A stretch of DNA of 63,107 bases, counting the filler. It is 3 parts of 3 records of this genome, joined end to end, with 100 filler letters (N's around TTAATTAATTAA, not from the genome) between each part and the next. Parts side by side here need not be neighbours in the genome. Positions count along the whole stretch, not along the records: positions 1 to 31,635 come from SRR20825019_2056; 2 more parts are not named here. One strand, given 5' to 3'. The notes under the pieces were generated by a model. The model saw only the letters and a list, made by a program, of their open reading frames with translations. It did not search any database and was not told where the DNA came from. Positions 1 through 8,235 of this stretch are shown in pieces; position 1 is the first letter of the stretch, and every line of letters starts with the position of its first letter. The position numbers were made by a program, and so were the translations under genes.

Positions 1-717
1 TGGAGTTAACTGAGACATAGAGATGTATTGAGGAACATTCTTTTGAGTTTTTCCTAAACGGCCCAACTCAATGTTTTCCTTTTCAATAGCAGCAATACGA
101 GCATCTGTTTCAGAAGCAACGAAATCTGCATCAAAATCTTTATAAGATAATGTAGTTGCACCCATAGATGCTACTTGCATAGATACGTTTTTAGCAACCT
201 CAGCAGCATTGTCTATTTCTTTAGACAAACCAACTAATGCTCCAATTTTGTTACCGTGAACATAAGAGCCTACAAATGGTGCTTCTAAAACTTCAAAACC
301 ACCAATTTCAATCTTCTCACCAATAACACCTGTTTGCTCAATAAGTTTTTCGGCAACAGTCATACCATCAAAATCTGCAGCAAGAAACTCTTCTTTAGAA
401 TTTGTGTTTATTGCAATATCTCCCATTTTGTTAGCCATTTCTACGTAAGAATCGTTCTTAGCAACAAAATCTGTTTCACAGTTAAGAGAAACAACCACAC
501 CTTTAGTGTTGTCGTCGTTTATTTTAGCAACAACAGCACCTTCACTAGAGTCTCTGTCTGCTCTCTTTTCAGCAATTTTCTGTCCTTTTTTACGTAAGAT
601 GCTAATTGCAGCGTCGAAGTCACCTTCTGCTTCAACTAAAGCTTTCTTACAGTCCATCATACCGGCACCGGTAGCTTTTCTCAATTTATTTACGTCTGCA
701 GCAGTTATTTTTGCCAT
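1..717 (-). CDS. tsf: Elongation factor Ts (3' end runs off window)
   Basis: Not in the ORF track. Minus strand from ATG at 717 reads MAKITAADVNKLRKATGAGMMDCKKALVEAEGDFDAAI...EG...CETDFVAKN, the EF-Ts signature. Lies downstream of rpsB. Confidence 0.97.
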   Translation of the reverse strand, partial: MAKITAADVNKLRKATGAGMMDCKKALVEAEGDFDAAISILRKKGQKIAEKRADRDSSEGAVVAKINDDNTKGVVVSLNCETDFVAKNDSYVEMANKMGDIAINTNSKEEFLAADFDGMTVAEKLIEQTGVIGEKIEIGGFEVLEAPFVGSYVHGNKIGALVGLSKEIDNAAEVAKNVSMQVASMGATTLSYKDFDADFVASETDARIAAIEKENIELGRLGKTQKNVPQYISMSQLTP

Positions 718-738
718 TGTATTTATATTTTATAATTT

Positions 739-808
739 AAAAAAAGTCGTCAAGCTAATTTTTGCTACTACTCAGCCAGCAGAATGCAAAGAAAAACTCA
801 ACGACTTT
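739..808 (-). terminator. Long hairpin with U-tract between rpsB and tsf (attenuator/terminator-like)
   Basis: On the minus strand AAAGTCGTTGAGTT pairs with AGCTTGACGACTTT (with G-U pairs), there is an inner TTTGC/GCAAA stem, and a T-run follows. Confidence 0.6.
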
Positions 809-831
809 AAATTGTATTACCTAATTGTTAT

Positions 832-1629
832 TTATTCTTCTTCGCTAGATGCTACAGCTTTTTTAGCAGGAGCTTTCTTTGCTGCAGGTTTAGTCGCTTT
901 TTTAGCGTCTTTTTCTGCTTTAGATTGCTCTTTGTCTGCCTTACGCTCGTTTAATCCATCTACGATAGCATCTGTTACGTAAGAAATTACTTTCTTAACA
1001 GATTTAGATGCATCATCATTTGCAGGGATTGCGAAATCTACTTCTCTAGGATCACTGTTGGTATCTACCATAGCGAAAATAGGAATGTTTAATTTCTGAG
1101 CTTCTTTTACAGCAATGTGCTCACGAGTAATATCCACTACGAATAATGCACCTGGAAGACGCGTCATATCTGCGATTGAACCTAAGTTTTTCTCAAGTTT
1201 TGCACGCATACGCTCTACCTGTAACTTCTCTTTCTTTGATAATGTATCAAAGCGACCATCTTTTTTCATACGGTCTACAGAAGTCATCTTCTTAACTGCC
1301 TTACGGATAGTTACGAAGTTGGTAAGCATACCACCAGGCCAGCGCTCAGTGATATAAGGCATGTTAGCCTTCTCTGCTTCTTCAGCTACAATTTCTTTAG
1401 CTTGTTTTTTAGTTGCTACAAAAAGGATCTTACGACCACTAGCAGCAATTTTACTAAGTGCATCTGCAGCCTCTTGCATTTTAGCAGCACTTTTGTAAAG
1501 GTTTATAATGTGAATCCCGTTACGTTCCATATAGATATACGGAGCCATATTTGGGTTCCAACGTCTTGTGAGGTGACCAAAGTGGACACCAGCATCAAGG
1601 AGTTCTTTAACTTCTATGTTATTTGCCAT
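832..1629 (-). CDS. rpsB: 30S ribosomal protein S2
   Basis: LLDAGVHFGH, WNPNMAPYIY, RWPGGMLTN, IPANDDA motifs; K/A-rich C-terminal tail. Confidence 0.99.
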   Translation of the reverse strand: MANNIEVKELLDAGVHFGHLTRRWNPNMAPYIYMERNGIHIINLYKSAAKMQEAADALSKIAASGRKILFVATKKQAKEIVAEEAEKANMPYITERWPGGMLTNFVTIRKAVKKMTSVDRMKKDGRFDTLSKKEKLQVERMRAKLEKNLGSIADMTRLPGALFVVDITREHIAVKEAQKLNIPIFAMVDTNSDPREVDFAIPANDDASKSVKKVISYVTDAIVDGLNERKADKEQSKAEKDAKKATKPAAKKAPAKKAVASSEEE

Positions 1630-1639
1630 TTTATTAAAT

Positions 1640-1717
1640 AGTTTACGTTCTGTTTGGACTTAGCAATACTCAGGTGGTCACTTGCGTTCGCCGAGAGTAT
1701 TTAGATGCTAAACTAAC
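1640..1717 (-). promoter_or_regulatory. Structured rpsB 5' leader (candidate S2 autoregulatory element)
   Basis: TTAGCAATACTC (1660-1671) pairs with GAGTATT[TAGAT]GCTAA (1695-1711), a bulged stem ending about 30 nt upstream of the rpsB ATG. Confidence 0.5.
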
Positions 1718-1808
1718 TTTCGATACCAGATCGAAGTACAGCACTATAATGTTTATAATTTTATGAAATTCCTCAAGAAACTTCGCCAACCAAAGGTTAG
1801 CAGAAATA

Positions 1809-2195
1809 TTAACGTTTCGAGAATTGGAATTTTTTACGGGCTTTCTTCTGACCGAATTTCTTACGCTCAACCATTCTTGGGTCTCTAGTAAGTAAACCTT
1901 CTGGTTTAAGAACCAAACGGTTCTCAGCATCTAGCTCACACATAATTCTTGAGATAGCCAAACGGATAGCTTCTGCTTGTCCAGTAATACCACCACCAAA
2001 TACATTGATACTTAGGTCATACTTGCCTTCGTTCTCTGTAAGCATTAATGGTTGTGCTACTTTATACTGAAGTGTTCCGGTTGTAAAATAGTCGTTAACG
2101 TCTTTTTTATTTACAGTAATGTTACCGCTACCGTCTTTAAGGTAAACTCTGGCAACAGCTGTTTTTCTTCTACCAATTTTGTGAATTGTTTCCAT
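1809..2195 (-). CDS. rpsI: 30S ribosomal protein S9
   Basis: GRRKTAVARV, GGGITGQAEAIR, LTRDPRMVERKK, QFSKR C-terminus. Confidence 0.99.
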   Translation of the reverse strand: METIHKIGRRKTAVARVYLKDGSGNITVNKKDVNDYFTTGTLQYKVAQPLMLTENEGKYDLSINVFGGGITGQAEAIRLAISRIMCELDAENRLVLKPEGLLTRDPRMVERKKFGQKKARKKFQFSKR

Positions 2196-2651
2196 TTACA
2201 CCAAGTCGTTAATGTTAATTACTTCTGGTTTTTGAGCGTCAAGCGAATGCTCTCCACCAACAAAAACTCTCATGTTTCTAAACAACGCTGCGCCTAATTT
2301 GTTCTTAGGTAGCATTCCTTTTACTGCATTCTCGACAAGACGCGTTGGGTCTTTTTCGAATAATTGCGTAGCCGTAAGACTGCGTTGTCCTCCTGGATAA
2401 CCGGTGTAACGTTGGTATTCTTTGCTAGTCCACTTTTTACCTGTAAGGTTGATTTTTTCTGCATTAATAACAATTACGTTATCTCCACAGTCAACGTGAG
2501 GTGTAAAGTCTACTTTGTGTTTACCACGTAACATTCTGGCAACAACAGAAGACAGCCGTCCAAGGCTCTGTCCCTCAGCATCCACAAGCACCCAGTTTTT
2601 TGTAACTGTTGCTTTATTGGCAGACACTGTTTTGTAGCTTAATGTGTTCAC
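2196..2651 (-). CDS. rplM: 50S ribosomal protein L13 (GTG start)
   Basis: WVLVDAEGQSLGRL, LRGKHK..FTPHVDCGD, YTGYPGG, GMLPKN motifs. Confidence 0.99.
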   Translation of the reverse strand: MNTLSYKTVSANKATVTKNWVLVDAEGQSLGRLSSVVARMLRGKHKVDFTPHVDCGDNVIVINAEKINLTGKKWTSKEYQRYTGYPGGQRSLTATQLFEKDPTRLVENAVKGMLPKNKLGAALFRNMRVFVGGEHSLDAQKPEVININDLV

Positions 2652-2705
2652 ACTAATAAATTTTAATTATACAAATAGTTTATTTCCGTCTAAAAAAACG
2701 GAGTG

Positions 2706-2735
2706 CAAATGTACAACTATTTATTTATTCGGCAA
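2706..2735 (-). promoter_or_regulatory. Bacteroidota sigma-A promoter of the rplM operon
   Basis: -7 box TACATTTG (2713-2706) matches TAnnTTTG; TTG at 2735-2733 lies 19 nt upstream. Confidence 0.65.
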
Positions 2736-2787
2736 CACCTGATTTTGAATTAATTCTGAAGTGCTTAACTCCTTAATTTTAATGGTT

Positions 2788-2795
2788 TATATTTG
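2788..2795 (+). promoter_or_regulatory. -7 promoter box for the 2824-8036 cluster
   Basis: TATATTTG matches TAnnTTTG, 28 nt before the ATG at 2824. Confidence 0.5.
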
Positions 2796-2823
2796 GCAAG
2801 CTTAATCTTTAAAACAATACGTT

Positions 2824-3366
2824 ATGCACTTCAATAAATACATCCTGAAATCTACTTTATATATAGGTGTTCTATTTCTGTTTTTTAGCTGTGATAATGA
2901 TGACAGTTCTTCAAATTTAATTGAGCCTACTCCAATTCTAAATGGCACCTACATACTTACAACATTAAACGCAGATGTTCCAGTTGATTTAAATAACGAT
3001 GATATTACTAACACAGACTTATTAGAAGAGACCTCTTGTTTTGATATTATGGAAGTCAACTTTAATACTGATGGCTCTTTTAGTGCTATAAACTCTAAAC
3101 TTGATTTTAATGGTGGTGCAAGTGGTAATGAGGTTACTTGTACAACGAGAACAGATAGCGGTACTTGGTCTTTAACCGAAAATGCACTTACATTATCTGT
3201 AATTATTGCAGGCTCTACAATTACAGAGACTAAAGAAATTTCACTTACAGATACTACATTTTCATTTAATGTTACAGAAAGTGAAATAGATGCTTATGTT
3301 GAAGACACTTCAGAAAGCTCTTCTAGTAGTATAACAGAATTGTTTTTAGAATACACTAAACAGTAA
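2824..3366 (+). CDS. Lipoprotein, lipocalin-like/DUF5004-like beta-barrel
   Basis: Lipobox FFSC followed by acidic DNDD; GTY.L...., DLNND Ca-type loop, F..DGSF and GTWSL patterns typical of Bacteroidota lipocalin-like proteins. Confidence 0.65.
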   Translation: MHFNKYILKSTLYIGVLFLFFSCDNDDSSSNLIEPTPILNGTYILTTLNADVPVDLNNDDITNTDLLEETSCFDIMEVNFNTDGSFSAINSKLDFNGGASGNEVTCTTRTDSGTWSLTENALTLSVIIAGSTITETKEISLTDTTFSFNVTESEIDAYVEDTSESSSSSITELFLEYTKQ

Positions 3367-3380
3367 TCTTTCTAAACTAA

Positions 3381-5735
3381 ATGAAACATATTGCGTTGTT
3401 TCTTTTTTTATGCACATCATTTATTCAAGTGATGGCACAAGATATTACAATACGTGGTAATGTTATAGATTCTGAAGGTAGTCCTATACCTTTTGCCACC
3501 ATAAAATGTTTAAATACTTCACTAGCAACGACGACATCCTTAGAAGGTACTTTTTCACTTCAACTAGATGAGCCAGCTGTATACAAATTAGAAGTTGCAG
3601 CAGCTGGATTTAAAACTTTTTATGAGACTCTGGATGTAACAACGGGTTCCAAAACTGTAAGGATTAATTTGCAAAAAGATACAGAGCAGTTATCGGAGGT
3701 CATTGTAAAATCGCCATCTAAAATTAGCTTATTAAACCAGCAGGCTTTAGCTATTTCAACTTTAGACTTTTCATTAAGTCAAAATAGCTCCCAAGATGCT
3801 TTAGATATTTTAAATAGAGCAAATGGCATTCGGGTAAGACAAACTGGAGGTACAGGAGGTGATATTAATATTTCTATACAAGGAGCTCAGGGAAATGCCA
3901 TAAGACGTTATTATGATGGGCTACCTTTAAAATATCTAGCGTCTGGAATAGATATTAATAATTTTCCCGTAAACCAAATAAGCAGAATTGACATTTATAA
4001 AGGTGTAACACCATTACAGGTTGGTACAGACGCTTTAGGTGGAGGTATACATATAATTCCAAAGACATTTTATACCTCTTATATAGAAGCCAATTATCAA
4101 ATGGGAAGTTTTAATACTCACAAAGCTTCAGTTAATTTGTTCACACTTAATGAAAACAATATGTTTTTAGGGTCTAACTTGTTCCTTAATTATTCAGACA
4201 ATACATATAGGATTGATGCGCAAGATTTTAATGAAGAGACTAGACAAGCAGAACATGTTATAGAAGTAGAGCGTTTTAATAATTTATACAGATCCTATTA
4301 TGCAGATGTTTCTGTTGGATTACGTGATAAACATTGGGCAGATGCACTTAAATTAAACCTAGCTTACACCAATACATTTAAAGAAATACAAACTGGAGTT
4401 TTGTTTAACCCTGTAAGACCTTTGGGAGATGTGTTTGCTGAAGATGAGGGTGTTAGTGCAACTTTAAGTTATAATGTTAACCTTTTAAATGATAAATTGA
4501 CGATTGTTAGTAAATCTAATTTGGGTGTTTATAAAGAAAAAGTGACAGACTCTACTTCTAATTTTTACAACTGGTATGGAGAGCCATTAACAATCACAAA
4601 TACTATTGGTGCCGAATTATTTAGTGAGCCATCCTTAATAGAGATAGACAAAACTATTTTTTTGCAGCGACTTACAGGAATCTATACCATAAATGATAAG
4701 CATAGTATAACGGCAAGTAACCTATATATTCATCAATTCAGAACAGGAAAAAATGCACTTATAGCTGCTGAAAATGATGTGTTACAGTTTCCTTCTAGAT
4801 TAAACCAGAATTTTGCAGGAATTGAATGGAAAGGAAGCTTTTTTAAAAATCATATTGAAACAGTTGCTTCATATAAAAACTACCATTATGCAATACGTGG
4901 TACTAGTAATGAAAATGCAATAACTAATGAGTTTGTGGAGCAAGATGTATCAAAAAACTATAGTGGAGGAAATGTTGCCCTAAAATATACGGTGTCACCA
5001 AAATTGTTTTTTAGAGTGTCTTATGAAACAGCATATAGGTTGCCTGAAGATACAGAGGTGTTTGGAAATAACACTACCATACGCTCCAATCTAAACTTAG
5101 AACCAGAACAAAGTAACAATTATAATTTTGGAACATCATTTAAGTCCTCATTAATTAAAATACCATTTTCTGCTGAACTAAATGGATTTTACAGAAAACA
5201 GAAAGACAGAATAATCTTATTGGCTTCAGGATTCGATTTGGCGCAATATTTTAATGAAGAAGAAGTAGAAATAAAAGGAATTGATGGGTTTGTAACTTTT
5301 AAACCATTTAAAAACTTTCAATTTAATATGTCTGCTACATATCAAGATGTACGCATACAGAGTGCTTTGGTAGCAGCAGATAATAATCTTATAGGCACAC
5401 GAGTGCCTAATTTACCATCATTTTTTGCTAACGTAGATGTAGGTTATACTTGGGAAAAACTAATACACGAAGAAGACCAGTTTAAATTAAACTATTACTA
5501 TAATTACGTAGAAAAATTTTCTTCCATTCGCGAAGCCAATGCTTTGCAAAACATTGCTAACTTTGTTCCTACTCAACATATTAGCAGTCTAGAAAGTATT
5601 TATTCTGGAAAGCATGAAAAATATTCAATAGCATTGAGAATTAATAATATGTTTGATGATGATGCTTATGATAATTTTAGAATACAACGACCTGGTCGTA
5701 GTTACACTATTAAATTAAGGTATGTGATAGATTGA
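3381..5735 (+). CDS. TonB-dependent receptor with N-terminal carboxypeptidase-regulatory-like domain
   Basis: Signal peptide; LSEVIV; plug GIRVRQTGGTG...YDGLP...RIDIYKG...DALGG; NLNLEPE; C-terminal PGRSYTIKLRY. Confidence 0.93.
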   Translation: MKHIALFLFLCTSFIQVMAQDITIRGNVIDSEGSPIPFATIKCLNTSLATTTSLEGTFSLQLDEPAVYKLEVAAAGFKTFYETLDVTTGSKTVRINLQKDTEQLSEVIVKSPSKISLLNQQALAISTLDFSLSQNSSQDALDILNRANGIRVRQTGGTGGDINISIQGAQGNAIRRYYDGLPLKYLASGIDINNFPVNQISRIDIYKGVTPLQVGTDALGGGIHIIPKTFYTSYIEANYQMGSFNTHKASVNLFTLNENNMFLGSNLFLNYSDNTYRIDAQDFNEETRQAEHVIEVERFNNLYRSYYADVSVGLRDKHWADALKLNLAYTNTFKEIQTGVLFNPVRPLGDVFAEDEGVSATLSYNVNLLNDKLTIVSKSNLGVYKEKVTDSTSNFYNWYGEPLTITNTIGAELFSEPSLIEIDKTIFLQRLTGIYTINDKHSITASNLYIHQFRTGKNALIAAENDVLQFPSRLNQNFAGIEWKGSFFKNHIETVASYKNYHYAIRGTSNENAITNEFVEQDVSKNYSGGNVALKYTVSPKLFFRVSYETAYRLPEDTEVFGNNTTIRSNLNLEPEQSNNYNFGTSFKSSLIKIPFSAELNGFYRKQKDRIILLASGFDLAQYFNEEEVEIKGIDGFVTFKPFKNFQFNMSATYQDVRIQSALVAADNNLIGTRVPNLPSFFANVDVGYTWEKLIHEEDQFKLNYYYNYVEKFSSIREANALQNIANFVPTQHISSLESIYSGKHEKYSIALRINNMFDDDAYDNFRIQRPGRSYTIKLRYVID

Positions 5736-5737
5736 TT

Positions 5738-7012
5738 ATGAAGAACATTTTACCAAATCTTATTATCGTTTCTTTTTTAACTATTGTTCTTGGTTGTGCA
5801 ACAGATGATGCTATACCTGTTGCAGAAAACACTACAACACCAAATCCCACAGAAGATCCTACCGAAGACCCACAACAGCAATATGATTATATGCTTTATA
5901 CAAGAAGTGGCTCATCTTCTAATGGGTTTATAACAGGATTTGACAATTTCCCGGAAGGCGATTTAGATATCCCAAACTTACCAACAACATTGGCCTATCC
6001 TTCCATATCTGGAGGTGTGTCTTACAACCGTTACACAGTTAATCAACAAAAATTGTTTGGTGGAGCTGGCTACCAAAGAGTTATCTTAGATGAAAATAAA
6101 GTGCCAAATGAAGGCGAGATAATTGAAACTTTAGGTGGAGGCTCAAGTGTAGTTATTCTTAATGACACCAAAGGATACTACACAGATTTTAATACGCTAA
6201 ACATTCAAATATTTAATCCTCAAACTTTTCAAAGAATAGGTGAGATAGATATGAGTGAAGCTTATAGTATTCCAGAAAACGATGCTAATTATTACAATTC
6301 ACTATATGTTGTTGGCAATACACTTTATGCGTGTTTGTATACTGGTCGTTCCTTTCCGCCATTTATATACGAAAGTAATGTAGGAAGTATAGTTGCTATT
6401 ATAGATACTATTACAGATACATACCAGTCTAACATTTTTAGGGAAGAGACTAAGTATCCTGGACAACCCTTTTTAAGATTTAAAAACAGCACTGTAGATG
6501 AGCAAGGTAATTTATATTTACCAACCCAAGGTGGATTTGGATTAGAGGAAGACCCAGAAATTCCTGTTTTTGCAAAACTTACACGAATATCTAATGAGAC
6601 CTCAAATTTTGATGATTTTGAGTTTATTCCTCAGTTAAGCATATCTTCATCTACTGCCGAAACCGTAATAAATGCAGGGTTTTTATATGTAGGTAACGGC
6701 ATAGCCTATACTAATGTGTTAATGGAAGATCCAGAAACTTCATCAGATTTGGTAAACAAAGCATTAATGCGTTGGGTAAGGGTAGATCTAATATCGCAAA
6801 CAGCTCAATTAATAGAAGGCATACCTAGAAATGCAGGCCTTACAACCGGAATGGCTTATAATTTTAATAACAAAGTACAGCTTCCTGTTTATGACCCAGA
6901 AACAGGAGAAAGTGCTATTTACGAAACAGATCCTTCTAGCACGCTAGGTACAAGAGTATTTAATGTTACCGCTGGCGGAATAATTTATGGATTTTACCAA
7001 GTTGAAGAATAA
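5738..7012 (+). CDS. Surface lipoprotein partner of the TBDR (DUF4374-like, probable beta-propeller)
   Basis: Lipobox VLGC, P/T/E-rich linker, IFNPQT..RIGEID and DEQGNLY motifs; directly follows the TBDR. Start placed at the second ATG. Confidence 0.6.
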   Translation: MKNILPNLIIVSFLTIVLGCATDDAIPVAENTTTPNPTEDPTEDPQQQYDYMLYTRSGSSSNGFITGFDNFPEGDLDIPNLPTTLAYPSISGGVSYNRYTVNQQKLFGGAGYQRVILDENKVPNEGEIIETLGGGSSVVILNDTKGYYTDFNTLNIQIFNPQTFQRIGEIDMSEAYSIPENDANYYNSLYVVGNTLYACLYTGRSFPPFIYESNVGSIVAIIDTITDTYQSNIFREETKYPGQPFLRFKNSTVDEQGNLYLPTQGGFGLEEDPEIPVFAKLTRISNETSNFDDFEFIPQLSISSSTAETVINAGFLYVGNGIAYTNVLMEDPETSSDLVNKALMRWVRVDLISQTAQLIEGIPRNAGLTTGMAYNFNNKVQLPVYDPETGESAIYETDPSSTLGTRVFNVTAGGIIYGFYQVEE

Positions 7013-7013
7013 T

Positions 7014-8036
7014 ATGAAACCTACATTTTACATAACCTACATATTGCTTTTAGCTGTTAGCTATTTGCAAGCCCAAACTTTATCTAACGGAGATTTTGAA
7101 ACCTTTGGAGTTCAAACTACACAACTTTACACACGAGATGGTGGCGCCTATAATGGAGAAACCTGTATGATAGATGGTGGTACTATTCAGGAAGCTGGTA
7201 CTTATGAAGGCGTTGGAAGACCAATAGGATTTACAACTACAGATGATGCTTTTGAGCAATCACCTAGCACAGTAGAGCAAACTACAGACGCCAATTCTGG
7301 CGCTTCTGCAATACAATTAACAACAAACGGTTTTGATGTTATTGGTTTGGTAGGTTTATTTGAGCCAGAAGTCCTTAGACAAGAATTAATACCTGTTGCT
7401 TACCCATTTACTGCAGTACCAACATCTATAGATGGGTTTTATAGACATATGAGTGGCGTGCCAAGATCATTTCCTCCAGGCACGTGCACAAGCGATGGGC
7501 AGTTAGAAGAAACAAGGACATACACTGGCGCTTTTAAAGTATATGCAGTTATGACTAAGTATAACGAAACCACCGAGGAAGATGAAATAGTAGCTACCGT
7601 AAACTCAGAGTTTCCTAATGCTACAGATTATGCGGCTTTTTCTGCACCTGTAACAGTTGTGCAACCTGGTATAATTCCAGATAAAATTGTGTTTGTAATG
7701 TCTTCTTCTCCAGAATTTATAAGTCCTAATCCTGTAGCTATTGTAGGCTCTAGGTCTTTTGTAGATGACGTAGATTTTATATTTCCAGTTTTAAGTGTAG
7801 AAGAAACTATTGATAAAACAATAAATTTTTCTGTTTACCCAAACCCAGCAACATCTCATTTTTCTTTAAATACAGAAGTTCCAAATCTTGAATTCAAATT
7901 ATATAACATTTCTGGAAAATTAGTAATGCAAGGGTTTGCAGGTTCTAAGAATCACCAGGTAAATATTTCTTCATTAACACCTGGAATGTATTTTTTAAAC
8001 ACCAAATTAGGTGCTACTAAGTTAATTGTTAACTAA
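7014..8036 (+). CDS. T9SS-secreted protein (type A CTD), possible PCMD/CBM-like domain
   Basis: Signal peptide from MKPTF; NGDFE start; DANSGASAIQL; C-terminal SVYPNPATS..KLYNISGKLV..GMYFL type-A sorting domain. Confidence 0.8.
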   Translation: MKPTFYITYILLLAVSYLQAQTLSNGDFETFGVQTTQLYTRDGGAYNGETCMIDGGTIQEAGTYEGVGRPIGFTTTDDAFEQSPSTVEQTTDANSGASAIQLTTNGFDVIGLVGLFEPEVLRQELIPVAYPFTAVPTSIDGFYRHMSGVPRSFPPGTCTSDGQLEETRTYTGAFKVYAVMTKYNETTEEDEIVATVNSEFPNATDYAAFSAPVTVVQPGIIPDKIVFVMSSSPEFISPNPVAIVGSRSFVDDVDFIFPVLSVEETIDKTINFSVYPNPATSHFSLNTEVPNLEFKLYNISGKLVMQGFAGSKNHQVNISSLTPGMYFLNTKLGATKLIVN

Positions 8037-8130
8037 CTAAATCTTAGTAAACCCTATCTAATATTTATTAATGATATGTCTTCTAAGGGAAACTTAAAAA
8101 GTTAAGGTTTTCCCAAAATACATGGTACGC

Positions 8131-8158
8131 TGTAACAAGATGATAAAATGATGAGTCT
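8131..8158 (+). promoter_or_regulatory. Possible ECF-sigma promoter upstream of the DUF5916 gene
   Basis: TGTAAC-N18-GTCT resembles ECF-type -35 AAC / -10 GTC elements. Confidence 0.3.
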
Positions 8159-8235
8159 TTAAAGTACATCAATCAAAATAATCATCAATCAATTCTAAGT
8201 TTCTAACTGCTTAGAAATCAAAAACCAACCAATCC

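Noticed and set aside
334-982. Plus-strand ORFs of 87 and 158 aa
   Set aside because: Antisense to tsf and rpsB, the real genes.
2742-2760. GAATTAATTC palindrome as a Fur box for the TBDR cluster
   Set aside because: The spacing and flanks differ from the GAATnATTC-type motif I would expect, and it is too weak in AT-rich DNA.
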